64,000 bases of DNA from Desulfomonilia bacterium (GTDB taxonomy: Bacteria; Desulfobacterota; Desulfomonilia; UBA1062), in contig CAXXDQ010000008.1 of assembly GCA_963664325.2 (NCBI GenBank), positions 288,391 to 352,390 on the forward strand, read 5' to 3'. Positions 49,598 to 59,799 of the stretch are shown here, piece after piece. The position numbers were made by a program, and so were the translations under genes. The notes below the pieces were generated by a model. That model did not search any database. It was given only the letters and a program-made list of their open reading frames with translations, and had not been told where the DNA came from. Numbering within the stretch: position 1 is the first letter of the stretch; every line of letters begins with the position of its first letter.

Positions 49598-50780
49598 TAT
49601 ATCAAGAAAAGATTTCGATGAAGATGCGCTGAAAGTCATGTACAGGCTCAACCGCTACGGGTTTAAAGCCTTTCTGGTAGGTGGTGCAGTAAGAGATATA
49701 TTGCTTGGTAAAAAACCAAAAGATTACGATATTGCTACAGATGCAAAACCTGGACAGATAAGAAAATTATTTTCGAACTCATTTCTGATAGGGCGTCGTT
49801 TCAAGCTTGTCCATATAAGATTCAAAGGGGATAAAATAATAGAAGTTGCAACTTTCAGAAGAGAACCTCTGGATGGAAGTGAAGAAGATATTCACAATAC
49901 ATTTGGAACTCCTAAGGAAGATGCATTTAGAAGAGATATAACAATCAACGCGCTTTTTTATAACATAGCCGATTTCAGTATTATTGATTATGTCGGCGGT
50001 TTGGATGATATAAGAAGAGGCGTTATAAGAATAATCGGAGAACCCCGCAAAAAATTCAAAGAAGACCCTGTTAGGATTCTAAGAGTACTAAGACATTCCG
50101 CAAGATTGAGTTTTAGGATTCATCATGAAACGGCAGCTGAAATATTTAAAAGCAGGCATCTTCTTAAGGACTGTTCTGGTGCAAGAACGTATGAGGAAAT
50201 ATGCAAAGATATGAAGTCGGGACATCTGATGCCCTTTTTTTCTCAATTGGATCTTTTCGGAATATTGCCATACCTTTTGGGAGATATAGGGCTATTTTAT
50301 TTAGAAAACCCGATGCTGATTTCAGAATTGCTCAATTATTTAAAATCTATAGATTGTATAAATGCATCAGGAAAGGAAATTCTGATTCAGGATATTTTTT
50401 CAATCTTATTCTGGCCATGGGCGAGACATCTAATTGAAGAAATCAGCCAAGGTCCTGATAAAGTGAAGATTCTTCATGATGAAATAATAAATGCAGGCCT
50501 TCAGATTCAAGTTCCTAAGGTCGTATCAGCCCATATCGTACAGGTCCTGATTATTCTCAATAGCATGGAACAGGCTGTAAAGTCAGGACGTTTCAGATAT
50601 TCTGATAAGAAAAAAGTCCATTATAAGGATGCATCAAAAATTTTCGGGATTCTCAGAAGTGAGTATTTTAATTATGAAGATCCGTTTAGAAGATTTCTCG
50701 AGTTTAAAGTTCATGGAGCAAAAAAATGGAGAAAAAGGAGACAGATAAGTTTGAAATTAGAAAAAAATTGTCAAACGTAG
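49566..50780 (+). CDS. pcnB: Poly(A) polymerase I
   Basis: LVGGAVRD, KDYDIAT, PAP-type LIGRRFKLVH motif, EVATFR, RRDITINAL, EDPVRILR. Confidence 0.9.
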   Translation: MMEILRRSFHNISRKDFDEDALKVMYRLNRYGFKAFLVGGAVRDILLGKKPKDYDIATDAKPGQIRKLFSNSFLIGRRFKLVHIRFKGDKIIEVATFRREPLDGSEEDIHNTFGTPKEDAFRRDITINALFYNIADFSIIDYVGGLDDIRRGVIRIIGEPRKKFKEDPVRILRVLRHSARLSFRIHHETAAEIFKSRHLLKDCSGARTYEEICKDMKSGHLMPFFSQLDLFGILPYLLGDIGLFYLENPMLISELLNYLKSIDCINASGKEILIQDIFSILFWPWARHLIEEISQGPDKVKILHDEIINAGLQIQVPKVVSAHIVQVLIILNSMEQAVKSGRFRYSDKKKVHYKDASKIFGILRSEYFNYEDPFRRFLEFKVHGAKKWRKRRQISLKLEKNCQT

Positions 50781-50895
50781 GGTGTATGTTTTTTTAAGAA
50801 CTAATGTATTGCAAAAACAACACAACTGTATAAGAAATATTTAAAGTTCATTATTCAACTAGCTGAAAATAAACAAAATAACCCATTCAAAATAA

Positions 50896-50912
50896 TTGGC
50901 ATGATGAATGCA
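50896..50912 (+). promoter_or_regulatory. Sigma54 (-24/-12) promoter candidate
   Basis: TTGGCATGATGAATGCA = GG-N10-GC, upstream of a small ORF with an AGGAG RBS. Confidence 0.5.
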
Positions 50913-50938
50913 TCTTGTACATCGTTAGGAGAATTAAT

Positions 50939-51166
50939 ATGAATAGAAGAGGTAATCTTGACATGGTTATGAAAAACATGGAGCCCGAGAGGGCAACTAA
51001 GATACTTGCGAAATCTCTTTATAAGGAACTCATGAAAAACGGATTTGCAGAAGGTGATATCATCAGTTTTTCGAGAGAAATTATCGAATGTATGGCAAAT
51101 GATATGAAAAAAGAGACTGCTATTTCAAAATTGGGTGGACAAAAGGACCGTCTTTTAATCGGGTAA
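50939..51166 (+). CDS. Small hypothetical protein
   Basis: KILAKSLYKELMKNGF..GDII.FS.E helical ORF; ATG 50939 after AGGAG (ATG 50963 also possible). Confidence 0.7.
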   Translation: MNRRGNLDMVMKNMEPERATKILAKSLYKELMKNGFAEGDIISFSREIIECMANDMKKETAISKLGGQKDRLLIG

Positions 51167-51817
51167 TTTCTTTCTTATTTCTTCAAGGACTCTATTGATT
51201 ACTTCATCTAGATCTATATGTGTCGTATCGACCACAGTTGCGTTGTAAGGTATCATCAATGGACTCACTTCTCTATTTAAGTCTCTATAATCCCGTTCTT
51301 TTACATCATCCAAGACCTGTTCAAAAGGGATGGTTATTCCTTTTGAATGCAATTCGACATGCCTTCTCTTAGCCCTTTCTTCTGCAGATGCATCAAGATA
51401 GATTTTCACATTGGCATCGGGGAAAATCACTGATCCTGTATCCCTGCCTTCTGCAACAATTGAAGATGTTTTGGAAAAAGACCTTTGGAAATCTAAAAGG
51501 AAATGCCTTACGAAAGGGTAAACGGCAATTTTTGATGATAAAGTACTTATCCTGTTAGTACGTATTTCATTACTGACATCAATACCATTTAAAAAAACTT
51601 TGGAACCTTCAAATTTTATATTAATACCGGATATAATTTTTGCACACTCTTCTTCATCTTCAATATTCCCTTTTGCAATATCAACTGCCAGCGCACATGT
51701 TCTATAAAGGGCACCTGTATCCAGAAATACATATCCAAGTCTTTTTGCAATGATTTTTGCTACTGTAGATTTTCCGGTTCCAGCAGGGCCATCAATCGTT
51801 ATTATGTTGGTTTTCAT
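51155..51817 (-). CDS. cmk: Cytidylate kinase
   Basis: TIDGPAGTGKST, LDTGALYR, VAEGRD, ERD.RD..R..SPL. Confidence 0.95.
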   Translation of the reverse strand: MKTNIITIDGPAGTGKSTVAKIIAKRLGYVFLDTGALYRTCALAVDIAKGNIEDEEECAKIISGINIKFEGSKVFLNGIDVSNEIRTNRISTLSSKIAVYPFVRHFLLDFQRSFSKTSSIVAEGRDTGSVIFPDANVKIYLDASAEERAKRRHVELHSKGITIPFEQVLDDVKERDYRDLNREVSPLMIPYNATVVDTTHIDLDEVINRVLEEIRKKLPD

Positions 51818-53058
51818 ATAAGATGCTTCATATCCTCAAAAAAATTAGGATAAGAAATGTCAACACAAGAACTGTTATCAAGGACTATATCGAGGTCGGC
51901 AGCCATTGAAAGTATATAAAATGCCATGGCTATCCTGTGATCGGAATATGTTTTTACCGAACCATCACTCAGTTTAAGCGGACCGTTAATTATAAATCCG
52001 TCCTCTAACTCTTCAATTTGGGCTCCAAGTGATGTAAACCCCTCTGTTAAAGCTTTTATCCTGTCCGCTTCCTTCACACGCAGTTCTTTAGCATTTCTTA
52101 CAATTGTCTGTCCTTCAGCCAGAGAAGAAGCGACTGCAAGTATAGGGATTTCATCAATAAGTCCCGGTATTTCATCACCTTCAATTACGGTGCCTCTGAG
52201 CTTTGAGCCCTTTATTATGAAATCTCCGATTGTTTCTCCTGCTGAAGCTTTTATGTTTTCAAGAGCTATATCAGCTCCCATGCGTTTCAGTACATTTAAA
52301 AATGCAGTCCTTGTAGGATTCAAACATATTCCTGCTACCCTTAGCTCGGATCCTGGTATGGCTGCGGCAAGCACGGAAGGGAAAGCAGAAGATGAAGGAT
52401 CACCCGGAACAGTAATTTCTCTTGCATAGAGTTCCTGCGGGCCATCAAGGCAAACATTCTTACCAGTTGCTTTCAGTTTGGCACCAAAATAAACAAGCAT
52501 CCTTTCAGTATGGTCTCTGCTTAATGAAGGTTCAGTTACAGAAGTTGTACCTTCTGCCCTGAGCCCGGCAATAATTATTGCCGATTTAACCTGTGCAGAT
52601 GCAATATCCATATCATAGCTGATACCTTTAAGATTCCTTCCCCTGACGGCAATCGGCAGAAAACGATCATTTCTTGCCATGAATTCTGCACCCATCATTG
52701 TGAGAGGTTTAATGACCCGTGCCATCGGTCTTCTTATCAGGGATGAGTCTCCTGTTATAATGCTCACGCCATTAATCCCTGACAATACACCGCTTAAAAG
52801 CCGTGCTGTTGTACCCGAATTGCCTGCATCAATTATTGAAAAGGGCTCTTTCAGGTTTCCGCCCTCGATAGTCCATGAATCGTTTCCTTTTTTCATTACT
52901 GCACCGAGAGAAATAAGCGCTTCCCTGGTACTTTTCACATCTTCAGATTCAAGGCTGGAGAAGACCGTTGTCTTCCCTTTTGCCAGCGCACCCAGAATGA
53001 ATGCCCTGTGGGATATTGATTTGTCGGCAGGCGGCCTTATCTCTCCATTAATTCTCAT
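51814..53058 (-). CDS. aroA: 3-phosphoshikimate 1-carboxyvinyltransferase (EPSP synthase)
   Basis: DKSISHRA, DAGNSGTT, RRPM, SAQVKS, RDHTE, IDEIP, LRVKE.DR, DHRIAM. Confidence 0.96.
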   Translation of the reverse strand: MRINGEIRPPADKSISHRAFILGALAKGKTTVFSSLESEDVKSTREALISLGAVMKKGNDSWTIEGGNLKEPFSIIDAGNSGTTARLLSGVLSGINGVSIITGDSSLIRRPMARVIKPLTMMGAEFMARNDRFLPIAVRGRNLKGISYDMDIASAQVKSAIIIAGLRAEGTTSVTEPSLSRDHTERMLVYFGAKLKATGKNVCLDGPQELYAREITVPGDPSSSAFPSVLAAAIPGSELRVAGICLNPTRTAFLNVLKRMGADIALENIKASAGETIGDFIIKGSKLRGTVIEGDEIPGLIDEIPILAVASSLAEGQTIVRNAKELRVKEADRIKALTEGFTSLGAQIEELEDGFIINGPLKLSDGSVKTYSDHRIAMAFYILSMAADLDIVLDNSSCVDISYPNFFEDMKHLI

Positions 53059-53087
53059 TCCTATTGCTCCGAAGGGTAAATTTTCTG

Positions 53088-54173
53088 TCAGTTATTACTT
53101 AAAATATCTTCAAGTTCATGGATGAATCTTTTGTTTTCATCATCAAGACCCACACTGATCCTTATATATTCTGCCAGACCTGACATGAACCTGGTTATTA
53201 ATCCACGTTTAAGAAGTTCCTCATAGACAGACCTTGCATCTGGTCCAAGCCTGACAAGCACAAAATTTGTGTGTGAACTGATATAGTCTAAACCCAGACG
53301 TTCAAAAGAAGAACACAGATAGTCCAGTCCTTTCCATGTCGTATCGAGAGTCAGTCTTAAAAAATCCTTATCCCTCAATGCCGCTGCTCCGGCTTTTATT
53401 GCCAGAAGATTCATGTTGAAAGGCGGTTTGACTTTGTACAAGGTGTCAATTATTTCTTTTCCGGCAATTGCAAAGCCCACTCTGATTCCGGCAAGACCGA
53501 GTGATTTTGACAGGGTATTAATAACTATGACATTAGGTCTTTCATTTATGATTTCAAGCCCTGAGAGGAAATCATCGGCACGTGCAAATGCTGCGTATGC
53601 CTCATCCAATACCAGGATTGTCTCTGGGGGCATTTTTGAACAAAGATTTGCAAGCTCATCTCTTCCCGTGTAAGTCCCGGTCGGATTATTGGGATTTGCA
53701 AGGAATGCGATTTTCACACCACCCATTATTTCCGATAACATTGCACCGGTATCTATCCTCATGCCATCCATCGGTGTTTCAACAACAGAAGCCCCGCATG
53801 CCAGCGAGGCTATCCTGTAATAGCTGAATGTGCATGCCGGGATAACAACCCTGTCTCCCGGATTCAAGTATGCCCTGCATATAAAATCGATAATTTCATC
53901 CGAACCGTTACCAGTAATAATGTTTTCAGCCGGAAACCCGAAGAATTCGGATGCGGCTGTTTTCAGTTCTGTTGCCATTGGGTCCGGATAAAGATTCGTG
54001 TTTTCTATGAACTTTTTCATTGCCTTGACAGCCATCGGGCTTGGACCGAGCGGGTTTTCGTTTGATGCAAGTTTAACTGGTTTTCCTATCCCGTACTTGC
54101 GGGCAATCTCATCTTTTGACAGACCTGGAGAGTAGGGCGGTATCAGGTTTATATGTTTTGCTTCTGATGGCAT
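53088..54173 (-). CDS. hisC: Histidinol-phosphate aminotransferase
   Basis: KLASNENPLG, YPD, GNGSDE, NPNNPTG, LDEAY, TLSKSLGLAGIRVG; true start ATG 54173. Confidence 0.93.
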   Translation of the reverse strand: MPSEAKHINLIPPYSPGLSKDEIARKYGIGKPVKLASNENPLGPSPMAVKAMKKFIENTNLYPDPMATELKTAASEFFGFPAENIITGNGSDEIIDFICRAYLNPGDRVVIPACTFSYYRIASLACGASVVETPMDGMRIDTGAMLSEIMGGVKIAFLANPNNPTGTYTGRDELANLCSKMPPETILVLDEAYAAFARADDFLSGLEIINERPNVIVINTLSKSLGLAGIRVGFAIAGKEIIDTLYKVKPPFNMNLLAIKAGAAALRDKDFLRLTLDTTWKGLDYLCSSFERLGLDYISSHTNFVLVRLGPDARSVYEELLKRGLITRFMSGLAEYIRISVGLDDENKRFIHELEDILSNN

Positions 54174-54175
54174 CT

Positions 54176-55252
54176 TCAATATGCACCGTGCTCTTCCGGA
54201 TATGAGCCCAGGATTATTATTTCCTTCGTGTAAGGTTTGAGATGTTCCAGGGCTTTTGCAACCTTTTCTTCCAGGAGGCCGCCGATAAAATCTATGAAAA
54301 AGAGGTATTCCCATGGCCCTTTCCTTGAAGGTCTTGACTGGATCTTAGTCAGGTTGATCCCCTGTGATGAAAATACGCCCAGAGCATGGTATAAAGCGCC
54401 GGGTGTATTGTCCAGCGCCATTATTATTGATGTTTTGGCCCCGGCTCCGTGTCTTGACATCTTTTTGGATACAATCCAGAATCTTGTTATATTGTCATGG
54501 TAGTCGTTTATATTTTTTGCGATAATATCCAGGCCGTATATTCTTGCTGCGTTTGAAGAAGCTATCGCCGCCGAATTTTCCTCTGATAATGCAATTTGCG
54601 AAGCTTCAGAGGTGCTTGCAGAATCGATGGTCTTCGCATCGGGCAGGTTCTTCTTCAGCCAGAGCCTGCATTGGGCAAACGGCTGAGGATGAGAATAAAT
54701 TTTCGAAATATTGCCGATTTCTGTTTTTGAAATTAGGCAATGCCTGACCGGAAGAAGTATTTCCTTAATGACAAAAAGCCTCGAAGAAACCATAAGGTCG
54801 AGTGTCTGATTGATCATCCCTTCGGTCGAATTTTCTACAGGGACAACGCCGAGATCGACCCTGTCGGCACCCACGTCTTCAATTATGGAGTCAATGGATG
54901 CCTCAGGGATCAGGTCTGCATCACACGGGAAGACCGAAATCGCCGCCTCATGGCTGTATGTGCCGACAGGTCCCAGATAGGCGACTTTAGTGACAGCCTG
55001 CAGCGATCTTGAGACGCTGAATATGGTGCTGAAAACCGCTTCTATCATGCATCGTTCAAGCGGAGGTTCAATAAGGGTTTCAAGACGGTCGATAATCTCC
55101 CTTTCCCTTTCCGGGGAATAAGTATTAATGCCACGTTCGAATTTCAGTCTGCCCATTTCCCTGGCCAGGCCCGCCCTTTTTGAGAGCAGTCCGGCGATAT
55201 CATTATCGATTAAATCTATCGCACCCCTGATTTTGTCCATCTCTTTGATCAT
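54176..55252 (-). CDS. pheA: Chorismate mutase/prephenate dehydratase (P-protein)
   Basis: CM domain R..ID.ID...RERE, YLGPVGTYS, VPVENSTEG, SHPQ, NITRF, ACT domain LTKIQSRP; start ATG 55252. Confidence 0.95.
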   Translation of the reverse strand: MIKEMDKIRGAIDLIDNDIAGLLSKRAGLAREMGRLKFERGINTYSPEREREIIDRLETLIEPPLERCMIEAVFSTIFSVSRSLQAVTKVAYLGPVGTYSHEAAISVFPCDADLIPEASIDSIIEDVGADRVDLGVVPVENSTEGMINQTLDLMVSSRLFVIKEILLPVRHCLISKTEIGNISKIYSHPQPFAQCRLWLKKNLPDAKTIDSASTSEASQIALSEENSAAIASSNAARIYGLDIIAKNINDYHDNITRFWIVSKKMSRHGAGAKTSIIMALDNTPGALYHALGVFSSQGINLTKIQSRPSRKGPWEYLFFIDFIGGLLEEKVAKALEHLKPYTKEIIILGSYPEEHGAY

Positions 55253-55448
55253 AAAAACCCGCTTAGTCAGATTTCGCAGTCTCAAACCCTATCAGAAGAT
55301 ATTCCTGTTTTCAATGACAGTTATAGCTTATCAACAAAAGCCTTCAAGGTGTAATACTTAATTGACAGGCTCTGATTCGTTGGATAGCGTTGATGTGGAG
55401 ATGGATGAATTTTAAAATAAGCCAAATTAAAGGTAGAATGGTGAGAAC

Positions 55449-56864
55449 ATGACTGTTGTTTTCGTCGTCACTGTATTTTCAATTCTTGTTATTATTTATG
55501 GGAATATCCGCAAACCGCGCCCGTCCAAAAAGATCAAGACTTTCGGCCTGAAATTTCCCGAAGGGTTTCTCTGGGCGACCGGAGAAGATGCATACCAGCA
55601 TGAAGGCGGCAATATGAACAACGACTGGGCGGCCTGGGAGGCGAGTGTGCCGTCTCCTATTGAAAACGGAGATACATGTGAAAGGGCAGCGGACTTCTGG
55701 AACAGGTATGAAGAGGATTTTGCGCGCGCCAAGTCCGATGGCCAGAATGCGCACCGTATCGGCATCGAATGGAGCAGGGTGGAGCCTTTCATGGGCGAAT
55801 ACGATGAAGACGCATTGGCCCGGTATGAGGAAATGCTCAAATCTATGAAAGATAAAGGTTTCACCGTGTTTCTGAACATCTGGCATTTTACTCTGCCGAA
55901 CTGGGCAGTAGAGGCCGGAGGATGGGACAGTGAACTCGTCATGGTGCGCTGGGAGGAATTTGTCGAGGAGCTTGCAATCCGCTTTGCCTGGTACGTCGAT
56001 TACTGGAGCACCATGATCGATTCCCAGATATATGCGCTTAACGGCTATGCCGTGGGTGAGATACCACCAAACAAAAAAGACCAGAAGCTTTCCATGAAAA
56101 TTTATCACCACCTGATCCGTGCCCATGCAAGGGCGTATAAAAACAATCAAGGAAAACGCCACAATAAAGGACGGCGATAATGTAAAGGTTCCGAAGGTCG
56201 GCATGATCTATTTCTTTTTTGATTATCAGGCGAAAGGGTTTTTACTGGACAGGCTTGTCACGCATCAGCTCGATAAGATATTCAACTGGTCATTCCTTGA
56301 CGCCATTCATACGGGCAAGATCGATGTCGGCGTTTTTCCGGGGCCGAAAATCCGCTATTTCAGCGAGGGACGCAAGAGATACTCTGGACTGGATCGGCAT
56401 CAACTATTATACCCGCCAGATAGTATCGTTTCAATCCGTTCAAGCCCGGGATGCTGGAGATGAAAAATTACGATAAATACCCGGCCACAGACATGGGCTG
56501 GGAGATTTATCCGGAAGGCATATACAGGATTTGCAGGAAGGTCGCCGGACGCTATCCCGGCGTTCCCCTGATGATAGCGGAAAGCGGTTTGGCCGACGCA
56601 AAGGACGACCGGCGGCCGCAGTTCATCATCGACCACCTTGCTTGGATTCATAAGCTTATAAACGAACGTCTGCCGATATTCGGCTTTACCTACTGGAGCC
56701 TGACAGACAACTGGGAATGGCAGAAGGGCTTTGCACCCAAGTTCGGGCTTTACCGTGTTGACAGGCAGACCTTTCAACGCACACCGACCGCCTCGGCCGG
56801 CCTTTACCGCTTCATTGCACAGAACAACCGGCTGCCGGAAAAGGGTGAGTACAGGGCGTTATAA
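55449..56864 (+). CDS. Glycoside hydrolase family 1 with N-terminal anchor; split by about three frameshifts
   Basis: FPEGFLWAT...YQHEGG, R..IEWSRVEP, HFTLP.W, DWIGINYY, MGWEIYPEG, IAESG, WSLTDNWEW..GF.PKFGL across ORFs 55449, 56119, 56219 and 56451. Confidence 0.85.
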
Positions 56865-56881
56865 CTTCGTATACCTTCATC

Positions 56882-56970
56882 AAGCTGTTAAGCTGATAAG
56901 CTGTTGAGCTAAACCTTTTCGTGCCTTTGATTCTGCTTATCAGCTCAATAGCTCATTAGCTTACCAGCTA
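56882..56970. repeat. Octamer tandem array in inverted (hairpin) arrangement
   Basis: AAGCTGTT AAGCTGAT AAGCTGTT GAGCTAAA ... GCTTATCA GCTCAATA GCTCATTA GCTTACCA GCTA. Confidence 0.7.
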
Positions 56971-56980
56971 ATCGTTATGC

Positions 56981-57114
56981 ATTTCTGCTTCGTCGCTTCG
57001 CGGTCTGCTTTGATCCGGGCTATTGACGGCCCACACCCTTCGGGCGCATCTTCGATGCGTCAATTTTCATGATGCAAAAATTGTTCTGACGCCCTGCCAT
57101 TAAAAGCAGAAAAT
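56981..57114. repeat. Multi-hairpin element bounded by an inverted repeat (MITE/REP-like or structured RNA)
   Basis: ATTTCTGCTT...AAGCAGAAAAT termini enclosing GGGC..GCCC, CCCTTCGGG, CGCATCTTCGATGCG and CAATTTT..AAAATTG hairpins. Confidence 0.45.
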
Positions 57115-57119
57115 GTGCC

Positions 57120-57673
57120 GAACCCTCGATATATGAAAAAAGGAAAGAAAAAATTATTTCTTCGGCGCCTGCACGACGTTAAAATCGAACCGTTTCTTAA
57201 ACATACTGTCTATAAATATCTCGATTGAATAGGTCCCGGGCAGGTCCCCTTCGTCAAAACTGCATAAGGGCATAGTAAACGGTCGAGCATTTTTCTCTCG
57301 TCCGAAGTTATTGTAGTATAATCGGAATCTGGTGAATCGGTCCCTGGAAATATTCTGGGAGTTTTTCCTTATTTGTGTTCACTTTTACTTCGCGGGCTTT
57401 GGGAATGCGGATAATCACTTTGCATTTGCATGTATTTTCATTCTTGGGCATAAAACGATGGCCCCCGAAATGATAATCGGGGTTGGTTGCCTTGGTTATC
57501 ATAGGAATTTCCGTCGTTTTCTTTGTAAATTTCCAGAGCCCCTTTTGCATCTGCACGTGCGAGTCCTCCGCGGAAAGTAAATTCGCTGTCCGCTGCCATG
57601 GCGGCTGACGCCGCAAATAGACAAGCCAGAGTTGCAATTCCCCCCAGAAAATACCATCTGTTTTCAGCTTCAT
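57120..57673 (-). CDS. Probable exported protein, frameshifted; 3' end uncertain
   Basis: AGGAG RBS plus ATG 57673; a shift in the G run gives the signal peptide MKLKTDGIFWGIATLACLFAASAAMA; downstream frame not recoverable. Confidence 0.35.
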
Positions 57674-57759
57674 TTAATCGTCTCCTTTTGTTTTTTTTTG
57701 TCTGATAATGCCCTGACGATGGACTCGTACAGGCCTTGCAGGTTTCGATATTATAAATT

Positions 57760-59107
57760 TCATCCTATTCCTTCAGGTACGCTTTGCCATCCTTTTTCGC
57801 GAATCGGGTAGCCCGTAAAAAACAGCCAGTGCGATGAAGGCGAAACAGCCCGGCTGATAATGAGATCATCTTGAGCCCGCTTACAGTCGGGATGTGCGAG
57901 CCGCCCCATGTACATCATGACTGTTGCAGTTGCTATGGAGATGCCGATGGCGATTTTCTGGAAGATGGCCTGAAACGCCGACATAGATGCCCTCGCGGCG
58001 CTGGCCTGTAAGCTGTTCGTCATAATCTATCACATCCGAAAGGATTGCCGGCGGCAGTATCATGATGCCCGCAACCGGGATGCCTATAAGCGCCATGCAT
58101 ATCTGCGACTGGAGCATGAGACCGCCGGACGGGATCAGGCCGACAAGGAAGAGGGACGACATTGTGACCCCTGCGCTTCCCAGTGTAAGCAGAAAAGGCC
58201 GCATACTTGCCCCAACTTTTTTCGACAGGAAGTTGAATACAAAGAAAAAACAGGATATTTGTTACCAGGAACGGGCCCATTAAAAGCACGACATCGGCGT
58301 CGCTTTCTTCCCAGGACGTACTGCATCCAGAAAGGAAACTATAAGGATGACCATGTTCAATGAAAAACCACAGAAATGCAAGGGATGCGAGCATGTAAAC
58401 AAACGCCTTGTTTTTTGAATGTTGTTTTTTGCCCATGTAAAAATTGTGCTGAAGCGCATCTTTTCACTTGCGACATGCGCGATTTCCGAAGGTTTTTCTT
58501 TTATCGTAAGCAGGGTGGGGGTGAACGATATGAGTGTAATTACCCCGGTGATTGCGCCTATGCCTATCCAGCCGAGTTTGTCCTTGATCGGTCCCATGAC
58601 CCCGAAAAACGAGCGTGCCCAGCATGAGGAATTACGCCCCTGCATGGTTGTAATATTGACGCGTTCCTTGAGGTCCGAAGTTATCTCGGGAAGGAGCGAC
58701 ATATACGGGTTTGCCAGCAGCGACCAGAAGATGAAGAACAGCTGTACCAGGGTGGAAAACCCAGACGGCATTAAGCCAGTGCATCTGATTGGGCAACGGC
58801 GGCACCCACAGAAGGAAGCTTACGAGTGCAGTCGGTATTATCATGGCCATGATGAAGGGAATGCGCCCTGCCCCGTTTTGACTTGTGGTGATCGCTCAGA
58901 TACCCGGCAATCGGCTCGGTTATGCCGTCCCACGACCCGCGCCTGTAAGAAAGATTGCGGCGAAAAGGCCGGCGCTCACCAGGGCCGTATCTTTGTTCGG
59001 AACGTAAAGCTTCAAAAGCCACTGGGAAATGACCAGGTTTCGCCAGAATTGAGCGCAAATCCACCGGTGGCATAGGATAACTTCTGCGTTAATGTCAACT
59101 GTCCCAT
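57760..59107 (-). CDS. GPH-family (MFS_2) glycoside/sugar:cation symporter, multiply frameshifted
   Basis: MGQLTLTQKLSYATGGFALN at ATG 59107; fragments ITEPIAGYLSD, ANPYMSLLPEITSDLKERV, ILSDVIDYDEQLTGQRREGIY, FQAIFQK, FFTGYPI. Confidence 0.8.
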
Positions 59108-59119
59108 TTAATCCCCTTG

Positions 59120-59586
59120 CTTATTCTCTTCTTCAATTATTTTAAATCCCTTCATGTATTTGGTGACAAAGGCTGTTTTCGAATCCACATTTTTCAATTT
59201 TACTGGCAGGGTCGCACTGGGGAATTTTAGCAGCAACAGCAGCCTTCACATTCTCGGGCAAACCCTGAAGATGAAACTGGGACAAGCCCTTCAGGAGTTT
59301 TTCCTTATCCATCCTGCAAGATTATATTCAGATGCGAGTTTTTTTCATGGAAGAAGCAAGGCTGTCATCGTTTATATCCCCTTTTATAAATCCTCTTATT
59401 GCAGAAAACAGGGGGGTTTCTGTTTCGATCGTTTGTATAGGGGTAGATCACGCCTTCCTTGATATACACCTTGTCTTTTTCTTTTTTTTATGTCGATTTC
59501 AGTTCCGGCTTCCGAGCTCTCGTCAGAAGCAAAACAGATGTAAAGGGAATAAGATCAACAGAGCGATAAACAAATATTTTTTTCAT
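59120..59586 (-). CDS. Hypothetical exported protein, frameshifted
   Basis: MKKYLFIALLILFPLHL signal-like start at 59586; frame broken downstream. Confidence 0.3.
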
Positions 59587-59693
59587 GATAATCATGAATC
59601 CATTTATTTTATTGTTTAGTCAAGACGGTAAAGTTATTGAAGTATTAGAGCTTGACTTTTTGGCGCATTGAATTTGTATAGGAAATCTCTGAC

Positions 59694-59769
59694 GGCGGCA
59701 TAGCCAAGTGGTAAGGCGACGGTCCTGCAAAATCGTTATTCACCGGTTCAAATCCGGTTGCCGCCTCCA
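59694..59769 (+). tRNA. tRNA-Cys(GCA)
   Basis: GGCGGCA/TGCCGCC acceptor, U73 plus CCA, GTTCAAATC; anticodon loop has one extra C (CCTGCAAA), likely a sequence error. Confidence 0.9.
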
Positions 59770-59799
59770 GTTTTTAACCTGTCACACGCGTGATCGTCC

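Noticed and set aside
59718-59738. 8-nt anticodon loop in tRNA-Cys as a frameshift-suppressor tRNA
   Set aside because: It lies in the error-dense end of the window; a single C duplication is best explained as a sequencing error.
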